A DNA stretch of 39,602 nt from the NCBI GenBank assembly GCA_009602735.1, contig WELA01001243.1, positions 186,445 to 226,046 on the forward strand. The letters are read 5' to 3'. The stretch is from Mesotaenium endlicherianum. Its lineage: Eukaryota. Of the stretch, positions 33,900-39,602 are shown piece by piece (position 1 is the stretch's first letter; each line of letters begins with the position of its first letter). The notes under the pieces are model-generated. The model was not told the DNA's origin and did no database searches. It saw nothing but the letters and a program-made list of their open reading frames with translations. The position numbers were made by a program, and so were the translations under genes.

Positions 33900-36800
33900 T
33901 TATTTGGCCGCGTCTCTTTTGCGTTTGTTCCATGGTTTACGAAGAGTGCTTGGTAGCACACCTGCCTTGGCACAGAGCTCTTGAGCTTGAGCCCATCGTA
34001 ACCAATACCTTTGAATCAAGTCCTTACAACTTAGGAGGATCTCATTCTGAGGTTTATACGAATTCCAACTAGAATCGTAATCTGGCCATTTAATCAAAAG
34101 CTCCACTCTAAGAGGCTTATGACGGGTATAACAATGTCCTAAGACTTCCTCTACATCCCAGGCCTTATCATCATCGTCAAGTTCCAATTCTGGTGCTTGT
34201 GGCTGATAGCGGCCATCAGACCTAAACGGTTTTAGTAAATTGACATGAAACACAGGATGCGTTCGCCCCATGGATTTAGGCAAATTCAGTCAGTGTGCAA
34301 CAGGTCCAATCTTTGCAATAATGGTAAAAGGGCCAACCCAACGAGGCAGAAGCTTGCGCTTTCCTGGGTGCTTGAGTTGTAGGTTTTTAGTTTGCAAAAG
34401 TACTTTATTGCCAACTTGAAACTTAACTCAGTCCTGTGCGTGTCAGCAAACATTTTCTGTCGGTCTCGAGCAGTGGCCAAGGCCAACTTCGCGATTTTGT
34501 GCACCTCTTGAAGAGAATGGACAAATAGGCGTGCACTTGGTACTCTCATGGTTGACATCCCCGTCTGACCTTGAACGACGTGTGTCAGGGGAGTGTGCGG
34601 ATGTCGCCCATAGTTAAGGAAAAATGGAGTTTTCTTAACACTATCCTGATAAGCATTATTAACTGCGAACTCTGCAACTGAACGAAGGGTGTCCTAGTTG
34701 TCTTGGCGAGGATTCACATAATGCCTAAGAAATTGTTGCAGAACGCGGTTCAAGCGCTCTGTCTAACCATCGGTCTGAGGAAAGAAGCTAGTTGACATCT
34801 TAAGGTTCGTGCCGAAATGCAAGCAAACTTCCTGCCCGAAGTGGCTCGTAAATCTACTGTCACGATCATTTATGATCTCTTTTGGCCTGCCATGCAACTT
34901 GAACACATGATCGACGAAGAGGCGCGCGGTCTCGACGGCATCAAGTGATGGTTTAGTGCCACAAAGTGTACCATCTTAGTGAAACAATCCACGACCGTTA
35001 ACACCCCATTGTGTCCTCTATCGGTGGTAGGCAATTCCACGACAAAGTCGAGGCTCATGCTTTCCCAAGGAGCACATGCAAATTCCAATGGTTGCAACTT
35101 CCCAGCTGGCAACGTATTGCTCGGCTTATTCCTCTGACATGTTGCGAAGTTGACGATGTACTCGGCAACATCAACCTTTCAGGGACGGCCAAAAGTAACC
35201 TCGGCGCAAAGCGTGTGTGGTTTTGGTAATTCCATGGTGACTTGAGTAAGGAGAGTCATGCGCTTCTCGTAGTAGCACATGTCTTACTTGGCCTTTTGGG
35301 ACAGCAATGCGCCCATTGTGCCACAAACCGTCCTCAAACGAATAGATTGAGTGTTCTTTCCTTTTATCCAAATTGTCCATTGTCACGGCTACACCGCTCA
35401 AGTCAGCATCCTCGAGATGTAGGAAAAACGGATCTTTGAGATAGCCCTCATGAAATAGTTGATGCAGGTCAAGTACTTCAAAGGTTTGCATGCTACCCAA
35501 ATCGGGTTGGCTCGCGTCACCAGGCCGTGCAACGCCAGTCGTCTGGGGGGGTACAGCAGAATCAAGGGTGGCCGCCCTTGAAACCTGACCGTTTCGTCCT
35601 TGCAAACTAGCAACAGTTCCCAACAGTAAGTGGTGAAGGGGAATTCGACTTAGAGGGTCCGCAACATTATTGCGACGACGGCGATACGCCCAGTTAAAGT
35701 GGAACCGTTGCAAGAACTCAGACCATCTCGTCTGGCGCCTCGATAGTGTTGGCTGTGTTTGAAAGAAGGTTTTTGGGCAGTGATCCGTAACCACTGTCAA
35801 ACCCTTGCAGCCTTCCAAATAACATTGCCAAGTCTTCAAAGCGTATATGACTGCCCAGAGCTCCTGCTCTGTCGTGGAGTAAATTTGTTCGGCAAGTGTC
35901 AGCTTTCGACTCTAAAACTGATAGGCTTGCCTGCTTGCAGCAGAACAGCCCCTACTCCAACACCAGACGCATCGGCGATTACCTCGTAAAGGCAAGTCGG
36001 GATCGGCTAATAAAAGAAGTGGCGAATTAGTGAGTGCATACTTAATGCGCTCCAACGCATGTTGCGTGTTCTCATCCCAAATGAACGGCTTATCTTTCCT
36101 TGTCAGAGCAGTGAGTGGCGCGGCCATCACTGAATAACCTTGCATAAACTTACGAAAGTAGTTAGCAAACCCAAGGAATGAACGTACAGTACGTACATCT
36201 TTTGCGACAGGCCAGTCAGCGACGCACGCAGTCTTGGCAGGGTCAGGGCGCACCTCTTTCGAACCCACTATATGTCCGAGGTACAAAAGTTCATCCTTCA
36301 GGAAGGAACATTTCTCGAGCTTAGTATACAGCTGTTGCTCACAAAGGATTTGCAACACCAATTCAAGGTGCTTGTAATGCTCGTCCTTGTTCTTTGAATA
36401 GACAAGGATATCGTCGAGGTAAACCTGGACAAATTTCCCCAAGTAAGGTCGAAACAAATCGTTCATCGTGCTTTGGAATGTCGCGGGTGCATTGGTAAGT
36501 CCAAAACTTAGAACTTTGTATTGGAAATGCCCAATAGGCGTCCGAAAGGCTGTCTTGGGTACATCCTCTGGTGTGATTTGTATCTGATGATAGCCTTGGG
36601 CTAAATCAAGCGAGGAGAACACGCATGCCTCCTTCAGCGAATCAAACAAGTCATCAATGCGAGGTAACGAATAGCGGTTCTTGACCGTTATGTTGTTCAA
36701 AGCACGATAATCAATGCACATCCTGAGCGTCCCATCTTCTTTTTGAACAAAGAGGATGGGGGCCCCAAATGGAGAAGAGCTCGGCTCAATCCATCCTGAT

Positions 36801-37220
36801 TCAAGCAAATCGCTAATTTGGTCCTTCATTTCGTTCATCTCCAACGAACTGAGGCGATAAATCGGTCTCCAAGTCAGTTGAGAATTGGGAATGAGAGGAA
36901 TCGTATGTCCAATACCTTATCAGGCGGAAGCCCGGCTAGTATTTCACTTGGAGACACTGATTTGTACTTTTGCAAAAGAGCAAAAAGTTCAACTGTAAGT
37001 GTCTCTTCATGACCAATCACGTCTAACACGGGCTCTTCCGTAAAGAGCTTAGTGGAAGTGACTGGGGAATCAGGTCGCAGTAATCCAAAGAAAACATTTT
37101 GACCTCGTTTTGCCAAACGTCTAGCTTGCTTGTGGACAAGAGAGGAGTCTTCGAAGGACTTTCAATGGCCCTATCGGGCGTAAGAGACTGGAGAGTAATC
37201 GTCCTTGTCCCATTGCTTAA
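33900..37220 (-). pseudogene. pol: Element C pol with multiple frameshifts and stops
   Basis: RMCIDYRALN, VYLDDILVYS, NVADPLSR, EAHDSPYSSHHG, WESMSLDFVVELP, HPVFHVNLLKPF, chromodomain WDVEEVLGH...LLIKWPDYDSSWNSY. Confidence 0.92.
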
Positions 37221-37933
37221 GTGTTCCCCGGTAATCAGAATATGTGGAGTTATTAAAATATTTATTACTTAAAATAAATAAATAAATCACATGTATTTGT
37301 GTATTCATGTCATACACTAGTGTGTAGAATATGCAAACTTAATACCTTGCATAGAGGTCTGTAAGACATCCTATGTACATTTGAGTTTCAAAACTCTTGT
37401 TGGGCCACCCCAAAAAGATGGTCCACATGAGACCCGGACCTGCCAAGTGCTACAACTGGTAGAGTATTTTTGTTTTGAGTTCAAAATTTTGTACACATAC
37501 TCATCATGTATACAAGCACCTCTAGCTAAAATCACAATATGTGGATGAAGTGTGGAGAAAGTGGTGACTGCTCAAACTTAGCACTTTTGTCGATGTTTTT
37601 TTTTACAAAATGTTTTTCACATTTCTGGTCAAAGAAAAATCCACTTTTAAAAATAAGGCAAGGCCATGAAGAGGGAGATATAACCTTCCAGAAAATACAA
37701 GCCTCTTTTTCATAGGCCTATTGATGTACTCTAAACAATTCAAAGTGTATGAGTAGTTGTTGGACCAAAAAACGTACATTTCATTGGGCCACCTAGTGTT
37801 AATCTTTCGGTTGGCATGCACGCTTTTGTGGCTTTTTGCCCACGTCTTAAGTTGTGTCAATCTTGATGTGGCAACTCCATTGAAGGGTTACTGTCGAGCT
37901 GGCCTGTTTACTCAGCGTGGCGTGACTCGTCCA

Positions 37934-38001
37934 TCGCTAAGCTAGCTGCTGGGTCAGCTCTCTCTGAGTCGGCGGTCGCTAAGCTAGCTGCTGGGTCAGC
38001 T
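37934..38001. repeat. 26-bp direct repeat, 42-bp period
   Basis: TCGCTAAGCTAGCTGCTGGGTCAGCT at 37934 and 37976. Confidence 0.75.
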
Positions 38002-39184
38002 TCCTTGACTTGGCAGGTGCCGACATGCACCATTTGCGGGGCCTAGTGGGGTTAACCTTGCAGGTGACATAGATGTCAAATGCCCACCCATCACTGAGAC
38101 TTTTGACCTGTCTTGGTCACGCTTGCGCGTGTCAGGACTTTGACTGTCATCGCTGACTTTGCACATATCAGAAACCTTAGTTGGTGAGTCAATGCTGAAT
38201 TTCTGTAGCTGAACCAGCCGTGACTTGGGCCACGCATGCTGCGCCGTCCATCACGTAACGGTCGCGATATGACACAAAGTTCACATGTTCTTGTACGTTC
38301 ATATTGGCTGGTATTCTTTTCGGCGCATGTGCATGACGAAGCTAGTTAACAGCGCCACTGTGGGTCGTTTTTCCTCAAGGGACGCTGAAAGCTACAAAAC
38401 AAGTTGCCGCTTAATGCGCCGTGTCTAAGAAAAAAAGGCCAGTGTAAGCGCGCACAGAGTTGTACGAACGAGCAATGCTTCGGTAACAGTGTCAAACAAA
38501 AAAAGTGACCAAGATCGGCCGCGATTTTAATTATAAAAACTGTTCTCCGAACATATTGTCAATCACACCCTGAGAATGGGCAATGGGTGGTATGTGCCGT
38601 TTCCTACTTTTACAAAAGTATGCGAGGTATGCTGGGGCAAATCGCTCGACGAGGGCCGGCAAATAGTCGGAGAACACTGTTTTCACCTTTAAAGTAGGCC
38701 TGCAAAATGCAGGTAGGATACGGTCTGGAAGTCATCTCTTTTCCAAAAAGTAGGAGGCTCTACCTTTGCAGGCACCTCGAGGCTCAAGCTTGGTCGAACT
38801 GCACTACTAGACGCTTGAATACATTTTTTACGACAATCATATTTTTGACACTCAGTTCCACCTCGTGCCTCGAAGTGATCGAATGCAAGTGACCCAACTT
38901 CAGCGGAGGTAGCCCAGAGTGATCTAACAACCGTGGAAATTAGCCGCAAGCTTGTTCGTGCTTGGGTGTTCTATTTTTACTCTTACACTCGTTCTTTTGA
39001 ATTCCTTTGTGATCGTATGATGTACTTCCACGGTGCACATGGCACATTATGCAGGGGTGTGCAGGGGTGAAGGCAGGGCTTTTGTCCGTGTTGATTATTG
39101 GAAGATAGTGAGTGATGGGGCCTGGTATGTGCTCTCGACAGCAAGTGTCCCCGACTTTCGGCTTGAACAGCTATAGAAGGTGCC

Positions 39185-39290
39185 CCTTCTCTTCCTTCCC
39201 TCTCCTTTCCTCTATCTTTACTCTCTGGCTCTCTCCCTCTCTCTATCCCTTTCTCTTTCCCTCTCTCCCACCCTCTCTCCCCCCCCCCCC

Positions 39291-39321
<31 letters not shown>

Positions 39322-39329
39322 TGTGTGTG
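39185..39329 (+). repeat. Imperfect (CT)n/polypyrimidine microsatellite, probably intronic
   Basis: CT-rich tract with a poly-C run, upstream of a candidate acceptor. Confidence 0.85.
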
Positions 39330-39428
39330 CAATCAGCAGGTTGTTGCAATCAGCAGCCCTGCCGAACAAGTGACCTCATGTGAAGGGGGTGGGATTGTGG
39401 GGATTGGGGTGGGGTTGTGTGTGCGCAG

Positions 39429-39602
39429 GCTCGAGAGGCGGCAGCGCATATGCGACCGAGCGGCTGCTGCCGTCCTGGTCGCACTTGTTGCCCCATCAGG
39501 TGGGCCAGCTGTGCAGCCAGGTGCACGAGCACGTGCAGTTGCTGCTGCTGGTGCATGCGCTGAGCGCGGCGGAGGCGCACCTGCAGGACGTGGCGCGCGC
39601 CA
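39429..39602 (+). CDS. Probable partial exon of a host gene running off the window
   Basis: GTGTGTGCGCAG| acceptor at 39427-39428; open frame with G/C-ending codons: SRGGSAYATERLLPSWSHLLPHQVGQLCSQVHEHVQLLLLVHALSAAEAHLQDVARA. Confidence 0.45.

Larger units (their letters stand above)
32840..37220 (-). mobile_element. Element C: degenerate, 5'-truncated chromovirus of a different family (no ORF3)
   Basis: RT-RNaseH-IN-chromodomain fragments, hairpin CTTAACGAGGACGTTAAG, PPT GTGGGGAGGAG (33760-33770), LTR; right boundary approximate, no gag or 5' LTR found. Confidence 0.88.

Noticed and set aside
38983..39383. ER-rich and LS-rich ORFs
   Set aside because: Translation artefacts of the CT microsatellite.

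Overview
Eukaryotic, plant-lineage DNA (GT-AG introns, a plant-type DUF212 gene, tRNA-iMet-primed chromoviruses); a streptophyte alga or non-seed plant is my inference. The left ~8 kb holds host genes: a large GC-rich low-complexity terminal exon and a 3-exon DUF212 gene. From ~9.7 to ~37.2 kb lies a nest of Ty3/Gypsy chromovirus LTR retroelements. Intact element A (15180-24025, +, TSD AAGCT) sits in opposite orientation inside the RT of a degenerate relative, element B (9742-27367, -). Further right are a 475-bp TRIM (29146-29620), a third family remnant D (31647-32839) and a degenerate chromovirus C of a different family (32840-~37220) inserted into D. The main finding is a third, sense-strand ~555-aa ORF (ORF3) between pol and the 3' LTR of the A/B/D family. 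It shows no transmembrane segment or signal peptide, so it is not env-like. It is preceded in both A and B by a branch point and a CAG|G-ATG splice acceptor, is bracketed by two hairpin+PPT modules, and is far more divergent between A and B than gag, pol or the LTRs. It looks like an exchangeable, separately expressed accessory gene. All identities are by-eye estimates; no database search was run.
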